From Octopus vulgaris (taxonomy: Eukaryota), in contig OX597814.1 of NCBI GenBank assembly GCA_951406725.2, forward strand, positions 207,762,001-207,826,000: 64,000 nt of DNA. Direction: 5' to 3'. Position numbers and translations under genes: made by a program. Below the pieces are notes generated by a model. That model saw only the letters and a program-made list of their open reading frames with translations. It made no database searches and was not told the DNA's origin. This document shows positions 25,936 through 38,723 of this stretch, piece by piece. Each line of letters begins with the position of its first letter. The first letter of the stretch is position 1.

Positions 25936-26994
25936 ATATCCAAAGTGTTGTGAATAATGCATGCCACGGTCACCACAGACTTCAAATATATAAGTACTTG
26001 TAATATCACCAAACTGATGTTTCAACTTTCTAAAACACATCTTAAATTCTCTTAAAGGCGTCATGGACAAAAGGCATATGAAAATTAGTATAAATTTATA
26101 AAGAAATTGGATACATTTTCGTGTTTTATAAGTTTATTACATTGCATCAGCATATACCAAAAAAAAAAAAAAGAGAAGAAAATTTATTTCTTTTTAAATC
26201 TTATAAAAGGTTTTGATTTTCTTTTATCCTTTCTTTGTGCCTGAGCCCATAATGGCTGAGTGAATTCTCAACTTGTCCTCTGACTTGTGTCACTCTCTCT
26301 ACATTCAAATTTGCTTTTTTTTTATTTCCTCCAGATTTCCATCTTCAAAAATGTTTTTTTTAAATGGCATTATGTTCTTCAGTTGAGAATTCCTTCATTC
26401 ACATCTCAGCTTATCTGTTGATTTGGTCATCAATCTCATCATTTACACCTGGCTAATCTAACCTTAAAAGGTCTTCTTCTTTGTGGCTCATGTCATGAGA
26501 GTTAGACAATTCTTTCACATTATTGTCATTTATTCTAGATATTCCCAAGCGTAAACCAAGTGGAGCAATTTCTATTACAGTCCTTCTAACTTCAACTACA
26601 AATTTATAAAATATTTTTCACCATGAGAAATTAGATTTTTCTAAACAGCTCTCATATTTCTTGCCATTTTTCAATAGACGCAAGCTTTGAGTAAGAGACC
26701 TTCAATATTGCTTTTGTTGTAGTTATTGCTGCTGCTGTTGTTCTTCTTCTTCTTTTCCTTTTTCTTCTTCTTATTATTATTAGTTGTTAGCACACCGGGT
26801 GAAATGCTTAGCAGTATTTTGTCTGCTGCTATGTTTTGAGTTCAAATTCTGCTGAGGTCAACTTTGCCTTTCATTCTTTCGGAGTCGATAAATGAAGTAC
26901 ACTGGGGTCAATGCAATTGACTAGTCCCCGCCCAACAAATTTCAGGCCTTGTGCCTCCAGTAGAACAGATTGTTATTATTATTATTATTTTCTT

Positions 26995-27347
26995 CAGGTC
27001 GAGTAGCTCATATCACTCAAAAAGTCCCTGAATAAGGGTTGTTTAAGGATGTTGAATGAAACCCCATGTTTCCAAAGGGGAATTATTCAAACTCCAAAGA
27101 ATTCCTCTCAACATATGGCTATGATGCTCCCCCACTACTTCTGCACATGATCAGAGATGCATATATCATCAATTAGCTTGGGGCATGCTCAACTGATTAA
27201 GGTCAAGCAATTGACCAGCAAATCTGTGGTATTGAGCAGAATATTTGCTGTAGCCTATCTTTTATACCAAGACAAAACAATGATAACACTTCCAATCATT
27301 TAAGATCAAAAGCCATGAGAGCCACCATCTGGTATTGCATCAGGGCA
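26995..27347. repeat. Unclassified ~350-bp interspersed repeat inserted between (TTA)n tracts of SINE2 copies
   Basis: Distinct sequence block bounded by (TTA)n on both sides, between SINE2 copies at ~26785 and ~27390. Confidence 0.45.
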
Positions 27348-27584
27348 TTATTATTATTATTATTATTATTATTTATTTATTTATTATTAAGGGATGCTGG
27401 CAGATCCATTACAATGCTGAACAAAATACTTAATGACATCTCTTCTGGTTCTTTACTTTCTGAATTCAGATTCCACCAAGATTGACTTTGTGTTTCATCT
27501 TTGCTGATTGGTAAAATAAGTACCAGTTAAGCACTGAAGTCAATGTTATTGACAAACTTCCTTATGCCTTTTTCAAATTTATTG

Positions 27585-27847
27585 ACTCGTCTGGCACCTG
27601 TGTCGGTAGCACATAAAAAACACCATCCGAGCATGGCCGTTCGCCAGCCTTGTCTGGCACCTGTGTCGGTGGCACATAAAAAGCACCCACTACACTCACG
27701 GAGTTGTTGGCATTAGGAAGGGCATCCAGCTGTAGAAACACTGCCAGATCTGACTGGCCTGGTGCAGCCTTCGGGCTTGCCAGACCCCAGTTGAACCATC
27801 CAACCCATGCTAGCATGGAAAGCGGACGTTAAACGATGATGATGATG
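27585..27847 (+). mobile_element. RTE 3' UTR fragment with (GAT)n tail
   Basis: Ends GGACGTTAAACGATGATGATGATG; internal tandem unit repeated. Confidence 0.85.
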
Positions 27848-28059
27848 TAAAAAGTGACAGATATCAAATTGCTTATTCAAGATACCTTATAAGCTTTTCA
27901 TTCACAAGAAGAAAAAAATCATGTGTTCCCACCAAAAACATACATAAATAACCAAAAATCTGTGTAATATATATAAAAGAATGAAAATAGATAATATCTA
28001 CTATAATAACTTTTATTGAGAATACTGAAATAGTATAAGATAAATCAAGGCAATATCTC

Positions 28060-29340
28060 ATACAGGTCAAGATAATGTATTTTGGAAGCCATTTTATATA
28101 ATGGAATTTGCTTCACTAATAAGAAACCTTTGCTGTGTTGAACTTCAGATAAACACACATGGATTATGCCTTCTACTGAAGAGGAAACAATTTTTGTGTT
28201 TATTCTTGAGACTTGTTCAATAAGAAAAATCTTAACTCACACATGTATGAAAATGAAAACTGCCACAATGTATATGAAGAGCAGGATACTGTTGTTGTTC
28301 ATGGGTGTGTAAGTAAATCTCATTGTGAGCATACAATCAGATTGCCTCATGTAAAGTCTTTCCTGTCCTCTTAATGTCAATGATGAGCAGAAGAATCAGA
28401 GTATGAATCACTCTCTCAAACATAGGCTTCTTTTGAAAAGATGGAAAAATGTTTGATGTTAAAGAACTGTTCTTCTGGGTGAGTTTTCAAGAAAACTTGG
28501 AATTTGCTGATATTTTTCTTCATACTTAAGCTCCATCAATAGTTGAAACATTTCAGGATTTGCTTTTATGACATAATTATTTCAAATTTACAGTCTCCTT
28601 TTAAAGTCAAGAATTTTCTCCAGGGTCTTGTACTGACTTGTTCAACTGAGTCCTGGGATAAAAACTAAGTAGGCAAGTTTTATAATAATTTTTTTCTTCA
28701 AAGAAAATGGCAAATTCCTGCCTTCTATTTTTTTACAATTATTCCTGCAATTCATCTTTCATCTCATCAACTGCATTTGAATGCTTCTTCTACTAAAAAC
28801 CTAGATTTCTGTATGAAGCAGGAGATTTATGTGCTTCTTGTCACGGTTTTCCCTCAGCTTTTTAAACATTCTTGACTGAACTGGTTTTTCTTTCATAAAA
28901 TTGGCCAGTTTTAAAGCACCATGAAGAAAGAGTTTTTTCAAATTCATTTTCATGAGAGTTAGAAATCAATACTGTGAAAAAAGTAAAATATTGAGACAAT
29001 ATTTACATATCATTTTGCAACAGAATCAAATTTTCTTAAGGAGAAATTCATCATTTTAAACATCAATACAGATACTAACACAGTTCTTCCACAAAAGACC
29101 TCTTGTTTCCAGATATTCCTATGATTTGCCCCATGCAATTCCTTGCATAGGACAGAAACCATTTTCTTGAATTTCCTTCTCATTGAGAAATCCTACAAAA
29201 TCTACATAACATTTATTGGTTAGATTTTATCAGATTTTGTCAACTTGGATGGAAGTTTTTCTATTGTTCATTGCGTCTCATAAAAACTCCCCAGTGTCAT
29301 GCTGAATTATTCCATTTTTTGCAAGTATTTCAGCCCCCTA
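28060..29340 (-). pseudogene. Heavily decayed Charlie/Buster (ZBED5/SCAND3-like) hAT transposase
   Basis: Manual minus-strand reading: SIQVD, FVGFLNEKEIQEN, YLETRGLLWKNCVSICID, and RMFKKLRENRDKKHINLLLHTEI*VFSR (28800-28880; cf. LLLHTEVRWLSRG). Ends not located. Confidence 0.75.
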
Positions 29341-29750
29341 TGATGTTACATGTTCAAACCACCTACAGAGTGTGCAAGGTGTTTTTGTTTGTATTTTGTT
29401 TTTTGGGTCACCAGCACTATTAGGATTGCCTTGTAGAGCTTGCAAGGTGAAAGAGTGCTCTCTTGACAGAAAGAGTATCAGGTTAAAAATAATGGAAGAA
29501 ATATATATTGTTGAGAGAGGATAGTAGTGGTGGTAGTAATAGAGAGAACAGTGTAGGCGAGAGTAATGGGGAAGACAAAGGAAGAGGAATGTCAGGCATT
29601 AGTGTGAAAGAGAAGAGGTCAGTGTGATAAGAGTGATATGGTAGTTGGTTGTGTACGGGAGAAGCAAATGTTGTTTCACTTGATGTGTCTGTATGTGTGT
29701 GTGTGTGTGTGGGCATAGTGGCTGTGTGGTAAGTAGCTTGCTTAGTTGAC

Positions 29751-29974
29751 ATTATTTACATTTGACGAATATTTGTCCTCATCTTGTTTGTTGTTAACAC
29801 AACATTTTGGCTGATATACCCTTCAGGTGTCTTGGGGAAACTTCGAACCTGGGTTCTCATTCCTAAGGTATTCAAAATTTCCCCAAGACACCTGATGAAG
29901 GTTGGAGGGTATATCAGTCAAAACGTGTTAACAACAAACAAGATGAGGACAAATATCCTTCAAATGTAAATAAT
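29751..29974. repeat. Long inverted repeat made of Penelope-type hammerhead-bearing arms
   Basis: 29751-29847 is the near reverse complement of 29871-29974, with a ~23-nt spacer; right arm contains GACAC-CTGATGA-AGGTTG...CAGTC-AAAAC-GT. Confidence 0.8.
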
Positions 29975-30201
29975 ATTCATGAGTCCTCATCTCTTAAAAA
30001 TAGAACTGTATTAGTTTAGTTGACATCCTGAGGGTGGTTCAGAGAACATGAAGAAATATTGATACAAATTTACTTTAATCTTGAAATATTTGAGTTTTTA
30101 TCTAGAAGTTTAATTTCAGCCCTACATTTATGAATGTCCCAATACTTGGAAATTTATTTTCATACAATTGTGTACATATGAAAATTTCTTCTTTTTTTTT
30201 T

Positions 30202-30589
30202 TCTTTTTACTTGTTTCAGTCATTTTGACTGTGGCCATGCTGGAGCACCGCCTTTAATCGAGCAGCTTGACCCCGGGACTTATTCTTTGTAAGCCCAGTA
30301 CTTATTCTATCGGTCTCTTTTGCCGAACCGCTAAGTGACGGGGACATAAACACACCAGCATCGGTTGTCAAGCAATGCTAGGGGGACAAACACAGACACA
30401 CAAACATACACGCACACACACATATATATACATATATACGACGGGCTTCTTTCAGTTTCTGTCTACCAAATCCACTCACAAGGCTTTGGTCGGCCCGAGG
30501 CTATAGTAGGAGACACTTGCCCAAGGTGCCACCCAGTGGGACTGAACCCGGAACCATGTGGTTGGTAAACAAGCTACTTACAACACAGA
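30202..30589 (-). mobile_element. SINE family 1, near full length
   Basis: High similarity to other copies. Confidence 0.9.
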
Positions 30590-31562
30590 CATTTCATATA
30601 TAATGTACATTTACACTCTTTCTCCTGGGGCAGTGCTACAGGAACTGGAAAGTGGAGTGCAGACAAATTGCTATGCTTAATAAAATTAACTTTTAACTTT
30701 TAAAACTTGTCCACTGACTATGGCAAAGAGGCAAGAATTATATGAGTGCAAACTCCAGTTTGTTTTCTCATTAATAGCGGGGAGGGAAAAGCCACTGCAT
30801 TTGAAGAGAAGTTTAGAATAAACAAATAGTCCCTTAAAAGATTTGTTGGCTAAAGATAAAACATTTATATACTAAATTTCAATTTTCTCTCTCTCTCTCT
30901 CTTTCAAAAAATACTGTTGAATTAAGAACAGAATCCTTTTTGTCAGGGGACTCAAGGCAGGATCATTTCTAAGAAATTCCCCCACCCAACCTCTAACTTT
31001 TCACAAATGGAAAGTAATCCAACTGGTCTGTTTTTGAAATTGGTTTGGTTGTTTTAAGTTTTTATAGAAAAAGGCTTAAGCTAAAGTAACAAACAGAGGG
31101 TACCCAAGAGAAAAATTAGTAACAATAACAATAACAAAAAAAAAAAAATGGTTTTTAAATTCACTTACTTGCTGCCACTGCACTTTTGAGGGCCACAGAA
31201 CAATACAGTAATATCTCACTTTACGAGAACTTGCTTTACAAGACCCTGGGTTTATCAGTTTTATTTTATAATGAATATAACAAATTTAACAGCCATTTTG
31301 TGTGTGCGACAACATCGCAACATGTGGCAACACTGGTTCTGACACTTGTACACAGCAACAGAGTAAAATGATGGCATAAAATTTCATTGCTGTTATGGGA
31401 AATTATTGTTCTGCTTTACAAGTTTTCTCTTTACAAGTGGTCTCTGGGAACAAATTAATTAACTGTGATTACTAATATAGCTTTTATGAACATAGTACCG
31501 TTGCGTATTTCATTTTGTGAATTTCCGAAGGAGAATTATACAATATTATTTTTCATTTTCCA

Positions 31563-32212
31563 TTCATCATCATCATCATCGTTTAACGTCCGCTTTCCAT
31601 ACTGGCATGGGCTGGATAGTTTGACCAAGGACTGGCAAACCAGGAGGCTGCACCAGGCTCCAATCTGATCTGGCAGGTTTCCACAGCTGGATGCCCTTCC
31701 TAACACCAGCCACTCCGAGAGTGTAGTGGTTGCTTTTTACGTGCCACCAGCATGGGAGTCAGTCAGGTGGCACTGGCATTAACCATGCTTAAATGATGCT
31801 TTTTACATGCTACCAGCATGAGTACCAGTCAGGCAGCTCTGGCATTGGCCATGACTATGGTTTTAGTTAACTCAACAAGTCTTCTCAAGCATGGCATATT
31901 GTTCAACGATTGAAAGGTACTTTTAACTGGGCCAGTTATGCGACTCTGCTATTGACCACAGCTATGATCTCACTTAGCTTTCTGGGTCTTCTCAGGCACA
32001 GCATATCTCCAAAGGTCTTGGTTGCTTGTCGTTACCTCTGTGAGACCCAACGTTTGAATGTTGTGCTTCACCACCTCATCCCATATCTTCCTGGGTCTAC
32101 CTCTTCCACAGGTTCCCTCCACTGTTAGGGTGTGACACTTCTTCACACAGCTGTCTTCATCTATACACAACACATGACCATAATAGCACAGTTGTCTCTT
32201 GCACACTACATC
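31563..32212 (-). mobile_element. 5'-truncated RTE LINE (ORF C-terminus + 3' UTR + (GAT)n tail)
   Basis: ORF 31970-32206 CYYGHVLCIDEDSCVKKCHTLTVEGTCGRGRPRKIWDEVV is continuous with the abundant 3' UTR repeat, identifying its parent. Confidence 0.9.
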
Positions 32213-33000
32213 TGTATAGGCATGATTGTATTGTTACCAAATTTGCTTTGTGACTGTGTGTGGTTTCAGACTTAGTTCCAAATGCATAGGCATCATGAAC
32301 AAGTGTCTTTTTCTGTAGGCTCAAGTTGACCAATGCCTTGTGATTGAAATTGATTGGCAAAATCTGGAGGAGACTTGTGCTATGTGTGTGAGGTTGGTGG
32401 AGAAGTTGTAATTCCACATGGTTTTCATTAACTCCATTTGAGCAAAATTTTTTACATTCTCCAGCAGACATGTTAATTCTGTTGGTTTCAATACCTGAGA
32501 ACCTATGGGATGAAAAGAAAAGAAAGACCTTACTTGATGGGGGCTGGGCTGGGGTGGGGGTGGGGTGTTGGCACACAAATAAAAGTTTGGCAACAGAAAA
32601 AGCATCTGGCCATAAAATATCAATATCAATATCCACCTCAACTGGTCTTCTCTAACCTATGCAAACATTCTTGTGCGATGCAAAAGTATGAAAATGAACA
32701 AACTACATCACATAGCATTTTGAATTCTTACGTATAGTATTTAAATTTTGATGACAAACTGTCGACCAAATAAATACCAAGAACCATGGTATTTGAACAT
32801 TTAGTAATCAGAGTATTCTTGTTTATAAATAAATGAATATTAATACCTGTATTTTCAAGCCTATACTTCTCAAAGGATGTAAATATTCATAGATAAGAAA
32901 TGTGTAGTTTTGAATTAGGTAAGACATATCAAAGTTCAACTTAGGTCTGGTTGTAAGTATAAAAACTGTTTCTAAATTTTGAAGTTTGTAAACAACAATA

Positions 33001-33401
33001 GGCGCATGAGTGGCTATGTGGTAAGAAGCTTGTTTACCAATCACATGGTTCCGGGTTCAGTCCCACTTCGTGGCACCTTGGGCGAGTGTCTTCTACTATA
33101 GCCTCGGGCCGACCAAAGCCTTGTGAGTGGATTTGGTAGATGGAAACTGAAAGAAGCCTGTCGTATATATGTATATATATGCGTGTTTGTGTGTGTCTGT
33201 GTTTGTCCCCTTAGCATTGCTTGACAACCAATGCTGGTGTGTTTGTGTGTCTGTCACTTAGCGGTTCGGCAAAAGAGACCGATAGAATAAGTACTGGGCT
33301 TACAAAAAGAATAAGTCCCGGGGTCGAGTTGCTCGATTAAAGGCGGTGCTCCAGCATGGCTGCAGTCAAAAAGGCTGAAACAAGTAAAAGAGTAAAGAGT
33401 A
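33001..33401 (+). mobile_element. SINE family 1, full length
   Basis: A-box/B-box head through TAAAAGAG tail. Confidence 0.9.
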
Positions 33402-35212
33402 ACAGCATTATATTAATCTTAATGATTAAACAATTGTAGTAACCCACTCATATGGTTTATCAGCTGATCCTCTTGGGATTAGAAAAATCCACGCTATCTT
33501 TGTTGTCATGATAGTGTGAAGTATTGAACTAACATCACATTGAGCTAAGTTTAGTTAAATAGAATTCTACTTTGAGTGAATGCAAATGTAAACACAAGCC
33601 AATAAGGGAGTTTTATGTGGTTGCTTGACCTGCTAAAAATAGCAACCAAATCACCTTCAAACTAGCTCACAAGAAAGGTTACATTGAATAATGTAGTTGT
33701 GGACAGAGGGCATACATTCATACTTTCAAAATTATCAGAGGAAGTTTTTGGTTCCCTCATTATTATTGAAAAAGCAAAACAGTTTACATTCATAAGATCT
33801 TTCCTTCTTCATTATAATGTTGGTGGACAAGGTTTTAAAGTTGTTGTCGTTTTTGTTTACCTTCAGGTTAGCTGAGATCGAACAGACCTAACTCTCTAAA
33901 GGCATTCTAACTACGACCATCTCATCATAAGTTATACACAATTACATTATTCAATGCATTAGTTATTTTCCTTAGCAGCTGGGTGTGATTTGATGAAGAT
34001 TTCGTTGCTATTCTTAGCAGGTCAAATGACCACATAAAGACACTATCACTGGCCCATCATATGCCTGTACTTTCTAATGGTAGCTACAATGGCAGCAGGA
34101 CATATTGAGAGTGTTGTCCTTGAGTACATTTATGGTAGGCATCCCATAATGTTAGTTGGCTAAAACTACAGAAGCCTGAACTAAGTGATTCTGTTCAGCC
34201 CTGTCAATTCATATCCTAAGTTTCAAATTTTGCTAGGATCAAGTTTACCTTTAAGGTCAATTTGTTTTTCACCTTAAGATAAAATTGTTTGTTTTTTTTT
34301 TCTCTGATTGACAATACCACATCTCTTCATTAATTTGCCTTATGCCTAAATAAATCCTTATTCATATTCTCATTGAAATTATCTTGCATCTCATTCCTGG
34401 TGATAACATCTGTCAATTCCTTCCAAACTATTTGATGAAGTCTGTGTTTAAAAATAGGCTGAAGGCTTCAGTCTTCATGTTGAATGACTAAAAATAGCTG
34501 TTCTGTTTTTTAATGGGATTTTTTGAAATGGATATTATGAAATGTCTCAACCATGTGGAACAATCTATCTAAAAAGAAAAAAAAAATGCATGTTGACTAA
34601 ATTATATTTTCCCTCCTGTTGAAAAAAGCTACCTAAAAGGGACAACAGAAAGTCTTTTTGTTGTCTGCCATTTTCTTATTATCATGATATGACTGAGGAG
34701 CTTGACAATGATTATCATTTTTACCCTCTGCCAGCTGTTCTCAGACAAAGCTTATTGCACAGAGGTAGCCAGTTAACTTCTTTATGGCAATCTATACATT
34801 TTGCTGCTTAGATATGCTGTATTTCAGCTGCATGCACACCCTGCAATATTCTGTTGAACTATAAAAGATACACAGCTTATGTCAAGAGCTAATAGTATAT
34901 ATGGCAGATTTTACTCTTTTTTATACTTTGGAAACTTTTATCTGGTGGGATTTGATTAAAGCAAGGCAATAAGGATGGTTAATAAGTGATTACACCAAGC
35001 TTTCACATGTAACATTCATAGAAACTCAGTTAAACACTCACATACAAAAAAAAAAAAGATTAAAAAAATAAGAAATGCAGCTATAATCATCCTACCTCAG
35101 TTTCAAATAACATTCCCTTTTGCAGCTTGATATCAGCCAAAACTGTTTCACATGTGTCTCTGCCAGTTTTCCTTGTCTAAGATACCAAGATATCTATCTA
35201 TCTATCTATCTG

Positions 35213-35258
<46 letters not shown>

Positions 35259-35399
35259 TGAGCAAAATGCCTCCCCCCATTCAATGGACGGTGCTGAATC
35301 ATATCTGCTGAATAAAAAGCAATCATTGTTTTCTTTTCGTTAAAAAATAATTAAGCATGCCTTTATTTCAATAAAATTTTTGGTTTTGTTAAACAAAGT

Positions 35400-35813
35400 T
35401 AAGGCAAAAAAAAAACACTTTTTGAGAAACCAAATAGTCTTTCCTTCCTTCATGCCAAGTGTGAAGAAAACATTTCTTTTGCATCTTACTTTTTTGGTCT
35501 CTTAAATATACTGCATTTTGTGGCATTATTTCAAGCCAGCTGGGTTTTTTTGCGCAAACTGCATGTGCATTTTTCTTGTGTACGCGAAGTATCGATCGCA
35601 ACAGCTGATGTACTTGCACATACAAATGCACGTTCCCACGGCTTTATCGATCGCATTCTCACCTGGAATCGATTTTTGTAATTTTTTCAAGACTTATACA
35701 TGCCTTCATATCATCGGTATCTACATATCAAATTTGAGTGCAATCGGATGGAGGATGCCCGAGATCCTAGAAGACACATACACGGACAGACAGAACAGAT
35801 TTTATATAATAGA
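35400..35813 (-). mobile_element. Helitron-like non-autonomous element 5' end
   Basis: Minus strand begins A|TCTATTATATAAAATCTGTTCTGTCTGTCCGTG...CATCCGATTGCACTCAAATTTG, the usual 5' TC/(CTGT)n layout of invertebrate non-autonomous Helitrons. No 3' hairpin-CTAG found, so the left boundary is approximate. Confidence 0.55.
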
Positions 35814-35816
35814 TAT

Positions 35817-36152
35817 GAAGGCACATGGCTCAGTGGTTAGAGCATCAGGCTCACAATCATGAGGTAGTGAGTTTGATTCCTGAACTGGGTTTGTGTTCTT
35901 GAGCTTGATGCTTTATATTGTGTTGCTCCAGTTCACTCAGCTGTAGAAATGAGTTGCAATCTCACTGGTGCCAAGCTGTATCGGGCTTTGCTTTTCCCTT
36001 GAATAACATCGGTGGCATGGAGAGGGGAGGCTGGTATAGATAGGTAACTGCTGGTCTTCCACAAACAACCTTGCCCGGACTCATGCCTCAGAGGGGAACT
36101 TTCTAGATGCAACCCCATGGTCATTTATGAACAAAGGGGGTCTTTACCCTTT
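35817..36152 (+). mobile_element. tRNA-derived SINE family 3
   Basis: A-box TGGCTCAGTGGTTAG, B-box GAGTTTGATTCC, TTTACCC tail; related heads on the minus strand at ~40260-40425 and ~43150-43290. Confidence 0.75.
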
Positions 36153-36403
36153 GCCCTTATATACATATACATACATACATATATATATATATATATCAAA
36201 TCAACCTCTCTGTCTGTATATCTACCCTCTTTATAACGTTAGCAATTGACATGGATATAAGTATATGTATTGATGGAAAACCTCTATGAATGGCTGAAGA
36301 TTGGTCAACATTTTAAAACTGGTGTAATACTTACAATGTTTAATAAAATGATGTAGCATGAAATGATCGTACCAAATTACTGAAGATATTCTTGTTGCTT
36401 ACT

Positions 36404-36441
<38 letters not shown>

Positions 36442-37099
36442 GAGAGTAAGTATAGTGTACTAGGTATGATTGTTCTTAGAAATTACTTGTAGAGTAAAAA
36501 TGTTATTGTGTGTTCTGGGGAAGTTCTGTACCTAGCTTGTGCAAGGATCCTCAAATTGAGAAATTTGAGAAATAGCCTGCATGTATAAAAATGGGAGTTT
36601 TTCCCATGATGGTGTGAAATGTGTGTGGTGTGCTCAGACTCCTCCCCATTGCACAATCACATGTATGCATCCTCTCCCTTTCTGTTTCTCTGTTCCTCCA
36701 GTTTCTCATTCTTCAGAAGTTTGAATCAAATTGTTTGTGAATGTGGCAAAAATCAGTATTGTCAACTATAAAACATACTTTCAGTTGATCTTTAAAAATC
36801 ACCTTAAATCCTTTAAAAAATGTTTTAGCCAGAAGGCCGCGGCCATGCTGGGGCACCGACAATTGTTTACCGTAGCTAGTGGTAATGCTTTTGTTGTGGC
36901 TACTTGGCCCCACATCAACCCTAATAATGGAAACATAATCAAAAACATTCCAAAAGTGACAATCCCATCTTTTTTCATTATTATTATTTTTCAGCATAGT
37001 ATGTCTAAGACTACATTTTCCAATGTGTGCTCTCCTGTTATCTGTTTTCAAAAACAGAAGAGTGTGTTATGAAGGAGATTTGTTTTATTATTTCTAACA

Positions 37100-38323
37100 G
37101 GCGCAGGAGTGGCTGTGTGGTAAGTAGCTTGCTAACCAACCACATGGTTCCGAGTTCAGTCCCACTGCGTGGCATCTTGGGCAGGTGTCTTCTGCTATAG
37201 CCCCGGGCTGACCGATGCCTTGTGAGTGGATTTGGTTGACGGAAACTGAAAGAAGCCTGTCGTATATATGTATATCATCATCATCATCATCATCGTTTAA
37301 CGTCCGTTTTCCGCGCTAGCACGGGTTGGACGGTTTCGACCGGGGTCTGGGGAGCTCGGGACTGCCCCAGGCTCCAGTCTAGTCTGGCATTGTTTCTACA
37401 GCTGGATGCCCTTCCTAACGCCAACCACTCCGCGAGTGTAGTGGGTGTTTTTTACGTGCCACCTGCACAGGTGCCAGAGGGGTCTGGCATCGGCCACGTT
37501 CGGATGGTGCTTTTTATGTGGGGGGTGCAGAAATATAGGGGAGCACCAGTGGGGAGGGGTGGTTCAGAGAAATGATGACAGGTTCTAGGCAAGTAGAACG
37601 TAGGATATCGAGAGAGGGGTAATGCATGGTGAAATAGCGTATTGAAGAGGGGGGTTCGAAGAGTAGACACCTATAATGGTGGTGGGAGAAGCAACATCCG
37701 GTATAGATGGAGCAAAAATATAGATATCCAGTATTGGTGGTGGGGGTGGGTAGGGCGGGTGCACCGCGAAGATACGAATGTTGATTACATACGAGGAGAA
37801 ATGAAATGAAATGAAATGAATAAGATTAGATAAGATAGCCAGATAGAGAAATTTGATAAAATTATGAATGGTCAGTAAAGAATTGAAAATAGCAATTCAA
37901 AATAGCAATTCAAACACCTATCTTGCTCGCGCTCGGAAATTCACAGCTTGTAGATGAGAGAGAGAGAGAGAGAGAGAGAGATAGCACATGTGTATTAGAG
38001 AGGAAAGGCTTCAAGATGGCGCGAAGATACGAATGTTGATTACATACGAGGAGAAATGAAATGAAATGAAATGAATAAGATTAGATAAGATAGACATGTG
38101 TGTATGCGTGTGTGTGTTTGCGTGTGTGTGTTTGTCCCCCTAGCATTGCTTGACAACCGATGCTTGTGTGTTTACGTCTCCGTCACTTAGCGGTTCGGCA
38201 AAATGAGACCAATAGAATAAGTACTGGGCTTACAAAGAATAAGTCCCGGGGTCGATTTGCTCGACTAAAGGCGGTGCTCCAGCATGGCCGTAGTCAAATG
38301 ACTGAAACAAGTAAAAGAGAGTA
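37100..38323 (+). mobile_element. SINE family 1 interrupted at its internal (TA)n by an ~820-bp retroposon
   Basis: SINE head/body 37100-37274 resumes at ~38094-38323. Confidence 0.85.
37275..38093 (-). mobile_element. Non-autonomous RTE-tailed retroposon with non-coding 5' extension
   Basis: (CAT)n tail at left, RTE 3' UTR, then unique sequence partly shared with 46860-46927 and a 74-bp direct repeat. Confidence 0.7.
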
Positions 38324-38672
38324 GGAGGTTGAGCAACTATGAGTCATGTAGTGCATTTTGGCAAACATATTTAATATATATATTTTCTAAACAGCTCATT
38401 AGGATAAGCTTATAAGATGCTAATGTTTTCTCTTGGCATCTTTGTATTTGTTGTTTCTATTGCTGGGACACAGGATATGGTCCTCGTAGAATATTGGAAT
38501 CATTATACATTTTGTTGTCTCTTTAGACTTGCATTTACATAAGCATTCATATTTGGGCATTCACATCTGCACAAACATACACACAGATATGCCCACCCAC
38601 ACAAACACACATGTGCACGTTCACATATTTCTATGTTTGCATGTACATACGTGCACACATTCACTCAGCTAT

Positions 38673-38723
<51 letters not shown>

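Noticed and set aside
33001-33080. tRNA gene-like A/B boxes (also at other SINE heads)
   Set aside because: They run directly into SINE bodies and I could not form a cloverleaf; tRNA-derived SINE heads, not tRNA genes.
36292-36326. CTGAAGA...AAAACTGGT possible hammerhead relic
   Set aside because: No stem II or GAAA left; cannot be supported.
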